Below, one piece after another: positions 1-12,175 of a stretch of DNA of 64,000 nt. Under the pieces are notes generated by a model. That model did not search any database and was not told the origin of the DNA. It saw only the letters and a list, made by a program, of their open reading frames with translations. How positions within the stretch are numbered: position 1 is the first letter of the stretch; every line of letters starts with the position of its first letter. The translations under genes were made by a program, and so were the position numbers. The stretch is from positions 94,116,001 through 94,180,000 of the forward strand of contig OZ024745.1 in NCBI GenBank assembly GCA_964016885.1. Reading direction: 5' to 3'. This DNA comes from Eledone cirrhosa (lineage: Eukaryota).

Positions 1-14
1 GCTGATTTTTTTTT

Positions 15-285
15 ACTGGAAACTGCAGGATTTCATAACTGATGGCAATAAGGATATTCTCGGTATAAAAGGCATTTTCTCTTATGGAACAACGTGTCAA
101 GATAGTAGCCTAATATGAAGCATAACTTTTTTAACTACTGGCCTATTGCCATTACATAGCCAAAGTTGATCAAAATTCTGTAATAATCATAATAGTGATT
201 CCTATTCTAAACAGAAGTCAGTTTAATAGATGCCCAAGAGATTCCAAAGAATTTTAGAATTCAACAGGATAGTCAAATTTTATTA
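15..285 (-). pseudogene. Helitron RepHel Pif1-like helicase C-terminal remnant
   Basis: Minus-strand translation across stops and frameshifts gives YPVEF*NSLE...LCNGNRPVVKK...ATILTRCSIRENAF/IPRISLLPS...LQFPV. This matches the Helitron helicase motif series PxEFLNSL, LCNGTRL, FIPRIxLxPS, QFPV. Confidence 0.75.
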
Positions 286-642
286 GTAGTAAGTTAAAAA
301 TATCAAATTCAATTAGGAAAAAAAATCGTTGAATTTAATATTTTTATTTTTATTTTTTTCTTTTATTAGGAGAAAATTATTTATTTGAAAGCTTATCAGT
401 AACAAACATTCTCATTTTCTTTTTGGCTGCACCCAAATGACCATATAAGAATTAAGACAGGAATCACTCATCTTTCAGTTTAGTTCGGTTGTTATGTTTG
501 CAGCTATATTTGATATTATATTAATACTTTATATTTATATTCTCAGTTTGAATTTTTTGTACTTTTCTTTTTACTATATCATTTTATTATTTTCGTGGTA
601 CATCTAGTTACATTTCACAGCATACAAGCATTCTACGGTGTT

Positions 643-826
643 TAAGGGAGCCTCTACATAGTCGGTGGGCTTGCTATAAATAGTAGCTAAATCTCGATCA
701 AGTCACGCCCCACAAACTCAGAAAAAGGCACATTGGATAATGAAGTCCACAGGAAAAAAAGACCCCTGATCACAGGTTTGCTTGATGAGGGCTGACCTGG
801 AGCAAAACAACAACTACTACTACTAA
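643..826 (+). mobile_element. SINE/LINE-tail-like repeat, family D (3' end ...gggctgacctggagcaaaacaacaac)
   Basis: Diverged relatives at ~4960-5095 (-) and ~17790-18020 (+). Ends in a (CAA)n/(CTA)n tail. Confidence 0.55.
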
Positions 827-1289
827 TGTAGATCATTTTAGGTAAATAGCTTCATTACTTTGTGAATATCTTGAAAAACATGAAGTGAAGGGAAACAGTT
901 AGAAATAAAGAAATCGTACACATCGCATCAATTCTGAATATGTTTAATTAGAATAAATAAAGAAACATGAGAGAAATATCACAACATTGAAATCAATTAA
1001 AAGCAATAGAAATTTTTAGTTAGCAGTAACACTAACATAGCGTGATTCGCCTCTATTATAAATCACGCTAATTTCTGACACGGCTTCTGAGATAGCTGTA
1101 ACATGTATGTATGGTCCCATAGCTTCTGATAGAATTGTAAAGGATCTGTAGCGACATACGGCGTTTCTTGGACATTAAAAAAAAACCCCTGCGGAACTCA
1201 TCTCTTCTCCAGGTCTGATCATAAACGATTTCTTCCAGAGAAGAGAGATTGATAGAGAGGAAGTGAGAAAGAGATATAGAGGAAGAATC

Positions 1290-1432
1290 GACCCATGTGA
1301 CTGGTACTTTTTTTTATCGACATCGAAAGAATAAAAGGCAAAGTTGACCTCGGTGTATTTGAACAGAGAGCCAGAACGAATAGAACAAAGCATTCTATCC
1401 GACATTTAAACGACCATGTCAATCCGCCGCCT
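1290..1432 (-). mobile_element. tRNA-derived SINE family A, diverged copy
   Basis: Reverse complement of the family A core (gaggtcaactttgccttt...gtcgataaaa...gtaccagt). Confidence 0.7.
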
Positions 1433-1564
1433 ATAGGTGTGATATGACCACAGCTTAAAACATTAATAACGAAACTTATGATATGTTTATGTATGATAAA
1501 CATAAATCTTCATTATACACCTCTATTATGAATCACGCTATGTTAGTGCTGCTGCTAATTAATG

Positions 1565-1958
1565 ATTTCTGATTTAGGCACAATGCCAGCAATTTGAAAG
1601 GAAGGTGGGGATAGTTGACTAAATCGACCCAGTGCGTGACTGGTACTTTATTTTATCGACCCCGTAAGGATAAAAGGCAAAGCTAACCTCGGCGGGATTT
1701 GAACTCAGAACGTAAAGCCATAACTACCGTATTTCCCGGTGCCGAAGACGCTTCATCCCCCGAGGACGCACCCTAATTTTGACAACCGAAAATTTGAAAA
1801 AAAAAACAAAACAAAAAACAACCTTCGGCCCCCAGGACGCATGGTACATATTTGAGACTTATTTTAGGAAAAGAAGTAGCGTCTTCGACGCCGGGAAATA
1901 CGGTAACTATTGCAAAGCATTTTGTCCGACTTTCTACCGATTCTGCCAATCCACCGCC
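1565..1958 (-). mobile_element. SINE family A copy interrupted by a MITE
   Basis: Family A sequence on both sides of 1727-1903 (1565-1724 and 1906-1958). Confidence 0.75.
1727..1903. mobile_element. Tc1/mariner-superfamily (pogo/Tc2-type) MITE
   Basis: TIRs CCGTATTTCCCGGTGCCGAAGACGC / GCGTCTTCGACGCCGGGAAATACGG flanked by a TA target duplication (1725-1726, 1904-1905). No coding capacity. Confidence 0.85.
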
Positions 1959-4344
1959 CTATTAACTGCTGCTAATTAATCCTAGCTACTCAAGCTTGCA
2001 AATAAGCATCTCCAGCAGATGTTTTATACACAAAAAGCAGATGTTTTATACACAAAAAGCACCGATTGAATAACCATCACTGATGATGGGTAAAGATACC
2101 AAAACACTAGTATCCGGTGTTCTCATATGGCTACTGAGACAGTTGTGACATGATCCCAGCTTTAAGCATCATAGCGAGACTTATATATGTTTATCCTAGA
2201 CAAAAACATATCGCAAATGCCTCCATATACATCTGTGTCATAAGAAAATGTATCTATACAAGCAAAGAATAGTACACAGAACAAGGTCAAATAATATTTA
2301 AACACGCCTGGAGTTGCCACTGTACTACTAGAGATCTTACTAATTTGCAATTTACCCAATATTTAATTAATTTTAATTAAAACCCTAAGGTTGTCTCCCT
2401 TGTGTTTCTTTTTTTTTTACCAGAATTAGTAAATTAGATTATGATTATTCTCATTACTAAAAGCGTGCTCTTACTTAATTGAAATTCATTAGCTTATTAC
2501 ATCAAGTACGATAGCGTCAACGTTAGTCAACGTTAGTGTGGACTCATGCATGACTGAAAAATTAAGAAATTCGCGTCGCCATAAAGAGTTCACGAGTTCG
2601 ATTTCAATGTGTAGATTTTGGGAAAGATGCAATTGCATTTCTGACGTTAGCTGGGGGTGAAAACTGATCTTAAATAACCCGATGGGTCGGGCAAATGCAA
2701 ACAGTGATGGGACCGAAGAGTGTTTCGCTTTCAATCGCTGAATTTGGCATTGGCAGCTTTCTTGAGGTTTAGGACTCATCCAGCATTTGAAACAGTGCCG
2801 TTAGTACTGACCCCCGACCTCAAATGAGAAATGGTTGGGGTGGAATCAAACAAATCGAACTGTTGTTTCAAGAAAAATGTGAGAGGACCAGTTTATACGT
2901 TGAGCACAGGAAGAGTAAAATGAAATTTGCTTTTGGTCTGCTAGAAGAAGAAAGGATTTGATGATGGGATGACTCTGTCAGTCTTTGTTCTTTAGGTTAT
3001 ATTTCTTTCAAAGTTTCAAAGAAATAAGAATGTATTAGAAAAATAGAATTTAGACCATTTGAATATTTCACTGGTGGATTGCAAACATATTTAGAAGGTA
3101 GTGGGAATGAAAGGGTTTAATGATAAGGGAAAGGTAAGGGTTTCTTTCGTTGTGAATGGGTTCTGTGGAGAGGGGCTATTCGGGTTATTGCATTCGTCAG
3201 TTTAAAAAAGAAATTAAGAACGAAAGAACGGTAATTATAATGTGAATGAGAAAAGTTTATGAGAAAACTACTTAAAACTTATAAAGAATTGTGTGAATTC
3301 ACATACAATTTCTAATATTTTAAGCCTTGGTTATTATTTTCAAATAATCACAAATCATATATAAATATTTGTATTTACTTTTTAGATAGACTACAACAAA
3401 AAAAGAAATCAATTATTTAATGCATAACGTTAATAATTTCATAGCTTTTATAAAACAGTCATGTATAAAAAGGATTCATTGTTTGAAGTGAAAAAAATAA
3501 TTTATACAAGATTCCATCAAGTACGAGTACTTTTCTAAATATGTGTAATTTTAAATGAGAAAACTAAATCTATGAAAAATACAAGACACACAATACTATA
3601 GTGGCTGAATATTTAATCAGTTGTTCTTTCTACACTTAAGGGCTTCACTAAGTTATTGCTTATTTCTGACTGATTATAGGATTTATTAATATTTCCTCGG
3701 ATAAGGATTCCATTATATAGCTAGTAGCTTTCTCAGAAAAGGATTTTAATCCTGTATAAGCTAATGAAACTCATAAATTGCTGCATCATCTCAGAGCATA
3801 TAATTTTACCTAACTAATTTATCTGTTTATAGCTAGAGAAGGTGTAACTATTGAGAATTAGCTATCATTTCCGGAGAGAGACCGCTGTAATAATGTGATA
3901 TCAGACATATTCCCTATCAACTAACTTTGTTTCTTAGAGCTTACATAAATCAACATTTACTTTAACAGTTATTACACCTTGAGATCTGTAGTTATTGCTA
4001 CACTCTTATATCCCCTACAGTTATTGTGGTGATAAACACAACTCCAGTTTTCTTATATAATCTTTATCTTAGTCACACAATTCAGACAGTTATTAAAATG
4101 TTCATGATTATATGCGACTAACATTAGATGTTTTGACAACTTTTTAGTTTGGTGGCATCAAACTTATATTGTAACCACACCCGTACAAGAGCTGAATTTG
4201 CCTTTTACAGATCGTTAAACAGAACCGTTATTTGTAGTGAATTATTGATGTTTCCTTTAGTTATCTCATGCCTAATCAAGTTGGCTACCTATGCAATTAT
4301 ACAACTCAACATAGCTATTAGTTTTTATAACATGACTTGTAATA

Positions 4345-4705
4345 ATCCAGCCGAAATGGGATTCGTCCGAAGGGTTTTTGGAGTAACGTTACTCGATAGT
4401 GTGCGTAGCTCGGAGATCGACGAGTCACTCCAGGTAGAACCGCTACTTCTCCGAATTGAGATATCACAGCTTCGATACTATGGTCATGTGGTTACGATGT
4501 CTCAGGGAAGAATCGCTGGACAGATTTTACGTGCAAAACCAACCGACAGGAGACCTAGGGGTAGACCCTGAACAAGATCGTTGGATAACATCCATGTGCT
4601 TGGTTGGTCAGTTGGCGACGGTTACTTCTGACAGGAACCGTTGGAAGGAGTGTTTGAGGAATCTGTCCCCACGACCCTTTCAGGAATAAGTGGGTGAAGA
4701 AGAAA
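4345..4705 (+). mobile_element. RTE-clade (Expander/Rex3-like) LINE 3' fragment
   Basis: Encodes AEMGFVRRVFGVTLLDSVRSSEI..EPLLLRIEISQLRYYGHVV..RRPRGRP, the post-RT RTE C-terminus, and ends in (GAA)n. Confidence 0.85.
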
Positions 4706-5109
4706 AAGTTATACAATGATGGGAATATGAAAAAAAACCAAAACAAGATAAAAACAAAATTAAGTAATGAAAAGAGGAGGGAAGGGGTAAAGAAGGACAG
4801 ATCTGGAGATCTGGCTGTATAGGAAAGTAGAGGAAAAGATTATAAATACCATAAATGAGAGGAAAAGGAGGGAAAAAGCATTAGGGTTAACTATATTTAT
4901 CAAATATTCAATGTATGCTTGCCATGGACTGTGGATGACTAAACCGACTACCTGGTGCTATCCTTGTTAGGATCAAGTCGGCACAGATTAAGTAATAGAC
5001 CTAGGATCAAAACCATTTAAGCTATGATCATCTTGTCTTTTTTTTTTGCTGGAATATGTCCTGGACCACATTTACTGAATATGTCCCTTTTTTGTTTAAT
5101 CGTAGAATA

Positions 5110-5355
5110 TCGCATGGGGTTAGAATGTCTCAGGAAAGAATCGCTGGACGGATTTTACGGGTAAAACTAGCCAGAAAGAGACCCAGGGGTAGATCCCGAG
5201 AAAGATAGTTGGATAACATCGATGAGTTTGGCTGGTCTCGCTTGGGGATCCAGCGGGATCATTTGGAGACAGTTGCTACTGACAGGACCTGCTGGCGGGA
5301 GTATTTGAGGTCTCTGCTTTCACGACTCTCTAAGGAATAAGTGGATGAAGAAGAG
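5110..5355 (+). mobile_element. RTE (Expander-like) 3' fragment
   Basis: Homologous to 4480-4700 (gatagttggataacatc...ggaataagtggatgaagaag). Confidence 0.8.
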
Positions 5356-5764
5356 ACGTGTAATATAATTGCAGATTTGTTCTATGTCGATTGCTACATA
5401 TTTGATATTATCGCGTTATTTATTGCCTAAATTTTACACACGCACTGACGGAGCTTAAAAAGATATATCATTAAATTATTAAAATGTAACTATCGATTTT
5501 ACTGTCATTTTTTTTACACACATTCAAAATTGCTTTCATTTTTATTTATAAACAAAAATGTTAATTTTATTTACAATTGATTAATTTTTCTTTTACAACA
5601 TATATTTTGAAAATAGATTATTTCTGCTATCCTGTAATATATAAGCGAAATATATGTTGTATTCTTATTTCTGTGTAAATAACTTCTAGATAGGTAATTA
5701 TGTTTATAAAAGTTTAAAATCTATATTACATACTGTTTCGCTTAAAACTAATATATCTTATTGC

Positions 5765-5769
5765 ATATG

Positions 5770-5803
<34 letters not shown>

Positions 5804-5903
5804 TATATATATATATATTATATATATATATTATATATATATATATATTATATATATATATTATATATATATATATATTATATATATATATTATATATAT
5901 ATA

Positions 5904-5995
<92 letters not shown>

Positions 5996-6122
5996 TATTA
6001 TATATATTATATATATATTATATATATTATATATATTATATATATATATATTATATATATATATTATATATATTATATATATATTATATATATTATATAT
6101 ATATTATATATATTATATATAT

Positions 6123-6155
<33 letters not shown>

Positions 6156-6188
6156 ATATATATATATATATTATATATATATTATATA

Positions 6189-6260
<72 letters not shown>

Positions 6261-6262
6261 TA
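5765..6262. repeat. (TA)n / (TATATAT-TA)n microsatellite
   Basis: Direct inspection. Confidence 0.95.
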
Positions 6263-6494
6263 AAACGAAAATTTATATAGAAAAGGCTTCTACATTCATA
6301 CGAATGAAACAGTTCTAGTCATGTAGAAGTCATTTCTATATAAATTTTTGTAGTTCTCACTGTACTTATGTATTGAGTACTTTATTTACTGTGGTTACCC
6401 CCCGATTTCTCTCGGGATCTACATGCATACACACACACACACTCACGCTAAGTTATGTATTTGTAAATCAAAAGCCGATTTGATTTGCAATGAA

Positions 6495-7225
6495 ACCATT
6501 GTGACCTCAGCCTCAGAGAGATTAGTCACCGCTCCCAGATGCACCTCGTGTAAATCAGAAGATATTGTTGAGATTGGGTCTAGGAGATCAGTAAAGTATT
6601 CTTTCCCACTCGCGAGAATGCACCTCTCTGAAGAAAGTAGAATCCCAGACGTGTTCTTGATAACAGGTGTGGAGGAGGACTTCTTATTACGAAGTCGGCG
6701 GATCGTCTGTCAGAACACTTTATTTGCTGATCTGAAGTCGGATTCCAGCTTAACCCCAAAGTCCTCCCATTGTCTTAATTTTGGACGCCCTTACTGTCTC
6801 TGCTGCGATTCTTCAATTCGGTATTCGTGCCAACCCTTACCGAAAGAATACGATCGTGAATACAAGCGACCGAAATGGGGTTCCTTCGAAGGGTCTTTGG
6901 AGTAATGTTACTCGATAGAGTGCATAGTTCGGTCATCAGAGAGTCATTCCAGGTAGAGCCGATTTGAGAGATCACTGCTCCGATATTATGAACATGTGGT
7001 TAAAATGCCTCAGGAAAGACTCGCTGGACAGGTTTTACAGGCCAAACCAACTGGTAAGACACCCCGAGCAAGATAGTTGGATAACATCCATGAACTTGGC
7101 TGGTCTCGCTTGGGGATCCAGTCGGATTAGTTGGAGACTGTTGCTTCTGACAGGATCCGCTGTAAGGAGTGTTTGAGGATTCCGCCCTTACGACCCTTAC
7201 AGGAATAAGTGGGGGAAGAAGAAGT
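6495..7225 (+). mobile_element. RTE (Expander-like) insertion with inverted 5' part
   Basis: 6495-6775 on the minus strand encodes WEDFGVKLESDFRSANKVF*QTIRRLR...EYFTDLL...EAEV (EN-RT linker). 6776-7225 on the plus strand encodes the RT C-terminus followed by a (GAA)n tail. Confidence 0.8.
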
Positions 7226-7361
7226 CTAGTATTAAGGTCATTTGCTTTGGGACGACTACATTTCAAATTTTTCCAATGCTGCTTAAGTTAATCGCTTTAT
7301 TTACACATACACGCGCACACACACTCCTTGTGTAATTTAAAATTTATATAACTTCATTATT

Positions 7362-8042
7362 ATACGATCTGAGTTCAAATCCCGCCGAGGTTGACTTTGC
7401 CTTTCACCCTTACGGGGTCGATAAAATAAAGTACCAGTAATGTACTGGGTAATTGCTGGCCTTGTGCCTAAAGTAGAAACACTTATTATATATGGCAGTT
7501 CAAATCCCGTCGAGGTTAAATTTTCCTTTCATCCTTACGGAGTCGATAAAATAAAGTACCAGTAATGTACTGGGTAATTGCTGGCCTTGTGCCTAAAGTA
7601 GAAACAATTATTATATATGGCAGTAACGGTAGGGCGTCGGACAACATGCTTTGTGGCATATAGCTACGTACCTTTACGTCCTGAGTTCAAATCCCTCAGG
7701 GGTTATCTTTGCCTTTCATCCTTACAGAGGTCGATAAAACAAAGTACCATTAACGTACTGGGGTCGATATAATCGATTTCCCCCTTGCCCTAAATTATTG
7801 GCTTTATGCCTATACTAGAAATCATTATATATGGCAGTATCGGTAGGGGATCGGACAACATGCTTTGCGGCATATAGCTACGTCCCTTTACGTTCTGAGT
7901 TCAAATCCCGCATATGTTATCTTTGCCTTTCATCCCTATGGACTCGATAAAATAAAGCACCTGTAAGGTACTGGGGTCGATTTAATCAATTTTCCCCTCC
8001 TCCAAATTACTGTTCTTGTACCTAAATAAGAAACCATTATAT
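7362..8042 (+). mobile_element. Tandem cluster of four SINE family A copies/fragments
   Basis: gagttcaaatccc...gcctttcatcct...gtcgataaaataaagtaccag...cctaaagtagaaac repeated head-to-tail four times. Confidence 0.8.
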
Positions 8043-8354
8043 AAGGCAGAATTAATCTGTGCAAAACGTAAATGAACGAATGTATTTCTTTTGTTTAAAT
8101 GCATGTATTTTATCCCATTGTTGATTTTCAGTATATCCAACGTTATTTCGTAAATAATCTGAAGTTTTAGAAATAGGTTTTGTAGTTGATTTAGAATTAC
8201 ACTCTGAACCATATTTCTTATCGCAGCCAACAAGATATCTATCCTGTACGAAGTTCAGTTGAATAAATAAAGCATGTCTCGATAAAATATAATTTTTTTG
8301 AAAACTAAGAAATAATTACAATAAATGTTTTGACAAATGATCATAAAAAAGAGA

Positions 8355-8720
8355 CACCCGGCATCTAAAGTTAACGACCCGGCATCTAAAGATAACGACC
8401 CGGCATCTAAAGATAACGACCTGGCATCTAATGGTAACGACCCGGCATCTAAAGTTAAGGACCCGGCATCTAAAGTTAATGACTCGGCATCTAAAGGTAG
8501 TGACCCGGCATCTAAAGGTAACGACCCGGCATTTAAAGTTAATGACCCGGCATCTGAAGGTAACAACTTGGTATCTAAAGGTAACGACCCGGCATTTAAA
8601 GGTAGTGACCCGGCACCTAAAGTTAATGACTCGGCATCTAAAGTTAATGACCCAGCATCTAATGGTAGTGACCCGGCATCTAAAGGTAACGACCCGGCAT
8701 CTAATGATAACGACCCGGCC
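8355..8720. repeat. 21-bp minisatellite (consensus ACCCGGCATCTAAAGGTAACG), about 17 units
   Basis: Direct inspection. It explains the four overlapping repetitive ORFs at 8255-8784. Confidence 0.95.
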
Positions 8721-8803
8721 TTGTATAGTGCTGTCGGACATTAACCTTTTACAATACATACACTACTTCTGTCTGTCTATCTAGCTATCTTGTATATATG
8801 GGC

Positions 8804-8842
<39 letters not shown>

Positions 8843-9288
8843 CATAAATGGAGAAAGCTATTAGCGATACTCCGACCAATTTCCAACTCACTCAACAAAC
8901 ATTAGGAAATACCAGAGTATATTCCCAATTAAACGTTTGGGGTGCTAACTATATTGTATTGTGTGGATAATTGGCTGTATTATTTTATATGAGATATATT
9001 AAAGATCTCATTTCCCAAACGATCGTTTCATTGTAAGATTTCTACATGGTGGGTGAAATTATACCAAGTTATGTAGAAGCTTGTGTAAGATCAATGGATT
9101 CTTATGCAAGTGGGCTCTTACAAATCTTCAGTGGGTGCCCATTAATATTAATATTAATAACTAAATCAACATCAATATTTAGCGATAATCACCATCAGTG
9201 CTAGAAGGAGCTGTTAGGTTGTAAGTCCAGCAGTTCTAAAGAAAATCTCACACTGTCCCCAAAATGGGAGGAGGAGGCTACCGTGAAA

Positions 9289-9324
<36 letters not shown>

Positions 9325-9326
<2 letters not shown>

Positions 9327-10365
9327 ACAGGGAGAAAGAGACGATTATGAGGAAGAAAAAAATATTTTTTTCCTTTTTTGTTTCTCTCTCTCTTTTTTTC
9401 TGGGTTAGAAAATGATTAAAACGAGATGTTTTACTTTGTGTGAAGTGTTAAGGTATTAGTTGATTTATTTATTATTTAACAATGGCATTTATTTATCTAT
9501 TTATCTATTTAATTATTGTCTATTACCGGTTTCAGCATTTATATGCATTATCAAATGATAGTGAAATGTATTAGTGTGGTGTCGCACATGTTAAACAGAA
9601 GGTGCAGAAAGAATAATTTTATTTACAAACAAGGTTTAAGAAGTGAAAAGAAAAAAGAAAAAGGAAAAAAAAACGTGCATAATGTGGAACGTAAAAAGTC
9701 AATGGGGAAGAAAAAATAATGTTATTTACAAGCACAGTCATTGAAGTTAAGCAGATCAAAATGTGTTAATATTACAAGAGTGCTTAGTTGAACCATGGTT
9801 CCGTGTTGGAGGCAAATGGTGGACTGAGGTTTGATATTATTTCCCTTTTTAGAGAGTTAATATGCAGGGGGAAGCAATTCTTGCTGGGTGATATTTAATT
9901 TATTTAAGAAAAAGTTTAATGGTTTGTTGCAGTTTTAGATTGGTCCGATTTTTAGAGCATTGAGTAGTGGTTGAAATTTATTAATGAAATTTGTTTCCTT
10001 ATTGGTACGTTGGATGAAAGTAGCGTTGTCTATGAATTTGTAAATGGGGAAAATTTTAAAGTTTGGATGTTGGTTGAGAGCACGATTGGCGATATGTTCA
10101 CTAAATGCAATCTTTCTGTATTCCTGTATTTTAATTTGTGATTTATGGACGGTCATACGTTGACGGAGGCTGTTTTTTGTCTGTCCTATGTAGTGCTCTT
10201 GACAACCTGAGCAGGTCAAAACGTAGATAAGGTTTTCAGATGCACATGTAAAGTTGTGTGAAGCGTTGTCCTTGTTTAAAATGGAATGTTGAACCTTCTA
10301 TTAGATTTATGCATATGCCACAGTTGGGTCTTCCGCATTTTGTTACTATAGGGTTAGGATATGTC
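9325..10365 (-). mobile_element. Penelope-like element 3' fragment (Neptune-type C-x4-C-x2-C linker + GIY-YIG endonuclease + 3' UTR)
   Basis: Translation: KCGRPNCGIC...FTCASENLIYVLTCSGCQEHYIGQTKNSLRQRMTVH...FINKFQPLLN. Confidence 0.85.
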
Positions 10366-10387
10366 AACATTTATAAAACATATTTTG

Positions 10388-10452
10388 TATTTAATCTGAT
10401 GAAAGCGCACCAAAATTGCCTTGGTTGCCCTTGAAATATATATAATAAAATA
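10388..10452 (+). ncRNA. Type I hammerhead ribozyme motif in inverted PLE pseudo-LTR
   Basis: CTGATGA 10396-10402. Stem II aag.gca.ccaa/ttgg.tgc.ctt. GAAA 10433-10436. Palindromic stem III ATATATAT + A17. Stem I tatttaat/ataaaata (one mismatch). Confidence 0.7.
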
Positions 10453-10585
10453 ATTATGGTTTTATAAATATAGTTTCCATTTATTAATAAATTGAATATT
10501 TACTCCAGTAATCTGTTTGAGTGCTTTATATCAGTTATAAACATTTTAAGCTTGTTGAATCCCAACAAATTAAATATAACTTCTG

Positions 10586-10616
<31 letters not shown>

Positions 10617-10750
10617 GCACACACACACACATATATATATATATTTATTAAAATAACAGATTAAAGTTTAAGCAAGCTCTACGGTTCTTATATATTTGAT
10701 ATATATTTATCCTTATCGAGCCCTCTTTGGATTTTAGTCTTCAAATTTAT

Positions 10751-10811
<61 letters not shown>

Positions 10812-10845
10812 CGAAACATAAGTCAATTGCATGAATCCTTTATTT

Positions 10846-10901
10846 ACTGCTATATATATTTCGATGATAGCCATTGAATGGCTATGACCTCATCAGGCAG
10901 T
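10846..10901 (-). ncRNA. Type I hammerhead ribozyme motif
   Basis: Minus strand: actgc-CTGATGA-ggtcatagccat tca atggctatcatc-GAA-ATATATAT-A-gcagt. Perfect 5-bp stem I, long stem II, palindromic stem III. Confidence 0.8.
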
Positions 10902-10960
10902 TAGTCAGTTCTTAGATATGCCAGCTCTGTGTGTATAGTGTTGATGGTATCAGAGCCTTG

Positions 10961-11020
<60 letters not shown>

Positions 11021-11545
11021 ATGAAATCGAAAATGGAACTGGAGTCTTATTTAAAAAAAAAATATATATATTTATTTGGTTCCTTTACCGGTTTCGCAGT
11101 TCTTCTGCTTTTCAAAAGTAGAGTTGTGATGGAGGGTCTGTGGTTTTTCTCACATATATATATATAGTAGCGAATATGAATAAACGAAGTTAATTTAAAC
11201 CTGTTGACTTACACTTCTTATTTTTATATATACACTCATACATTTGTATATGGATGTGTACGTATATATAATATATATTTGTATATAATGTATATAATTT
11301 ATATAATGTATATATATATATATATATGTATTTATACATGTGTGTGCGTATGTAAGGATTATCCCTACTACATTTAACACACACACATACACACACACAT
11401 ATTGTTTAATTCGTTTGAAGCCAGCAGGAAAGTTTGGACTAAAGTTGACTAAATTTCTTTGACTCTCTTAATGATTTCAAACGAATGAAACAGTTTCAGT
11501 CTTGTAGAAGCCATTTCCATCTGGATTAAATTATATATATATATA

Positions 11546-11886
11546 TATTGTTATACTTTGGGAGGGTCATGTTACCAATAAGAAACACACGCACCAGTTG
11601 CTTTCACTTCAATTTATTATAATAAATTTATAAATTTAGGAATTTATAAATTTCTGGTTGGTTGGTTCCACAACCAGATAGTTGTTTATATATTGTCAAA
11701 GTTCTTTCGTCACACATTCTGTGACCTCTTCAGTGACTGGAGATTCTTTTCTTTGTTTTTGTGCCTCTCCTTTGTTCTGTCCTACGCCATTTTGTTTCTA
11801 TAAATTTATTATAATAAATTGAAGTGAAAGCAACTGGTGCGTGTGTTTCTTATTGGCAACATGACCCTCCCAAAGTATAACAATAT
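11546..11886. mobile_element. PLE pseudo-LTR remnant with ~87-bp inverted repeat arms
   Basis: 11546-11632 and 11799-11886 are near-perfect inverted copies and enclose a hammerhead motif. Confidence 0.65.
11695..11737 (-). ncRNA. Hammerhead ribozyme motif (slightly degenerate)
   Basis: Minus strand: gtca-CTGAAGA-g gtcaca gaatg tgtgac-GAA-AgaacT-T-tgac. Confidence 0.6.
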
Positions 11887-12044
11887 CGGTTTCAACACAC
11901 GATTTCAGATAAAGAATCTTGCTAAACAAATTCAGAAACGAAATATATATATATATATATATATATAACGAAGGAAATGTGGTAAGGAACCAGGTGGACC
12001 ATAACGCACCAAAGTACTCAATACTTGAGGTAGTAGAGTGGGTA

Positions 12045-12165
12045 ATAGGAACCAGTAAGACCCCGACAGCTGAGCTCAAGCCGTTTCGACGGCTAATTCT
12101 GGACTGTCCAGAATTAGCCGTCGAAACGGCTTGAGCTCAGCTGTCGGGGTCTTACTGGTTCCTAT
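12045..12165. repeat. Perfect 121-bp palindrome (60-bp arms, 1-nt centre at 12105)
   Basis: Base-by-base reverse-complement match around ggac-t-gtcc. Confidence 0.95.
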
Positions 12166-12175
12166 ATATATATAT

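Noticed and set aside
2070-2120. Hammerhead at ctgatgatgggtaaagatacc
   Set aside because: GAAA reads AAAA and stems I and III are imperfect. At best a dead relic.
2440-3200. Possible host exon or L1/Tx1 ORF2 C-terminal relic
   Set aside because: Stops occur in the frames I translated and I could not confirm any motif. Left unannotated.
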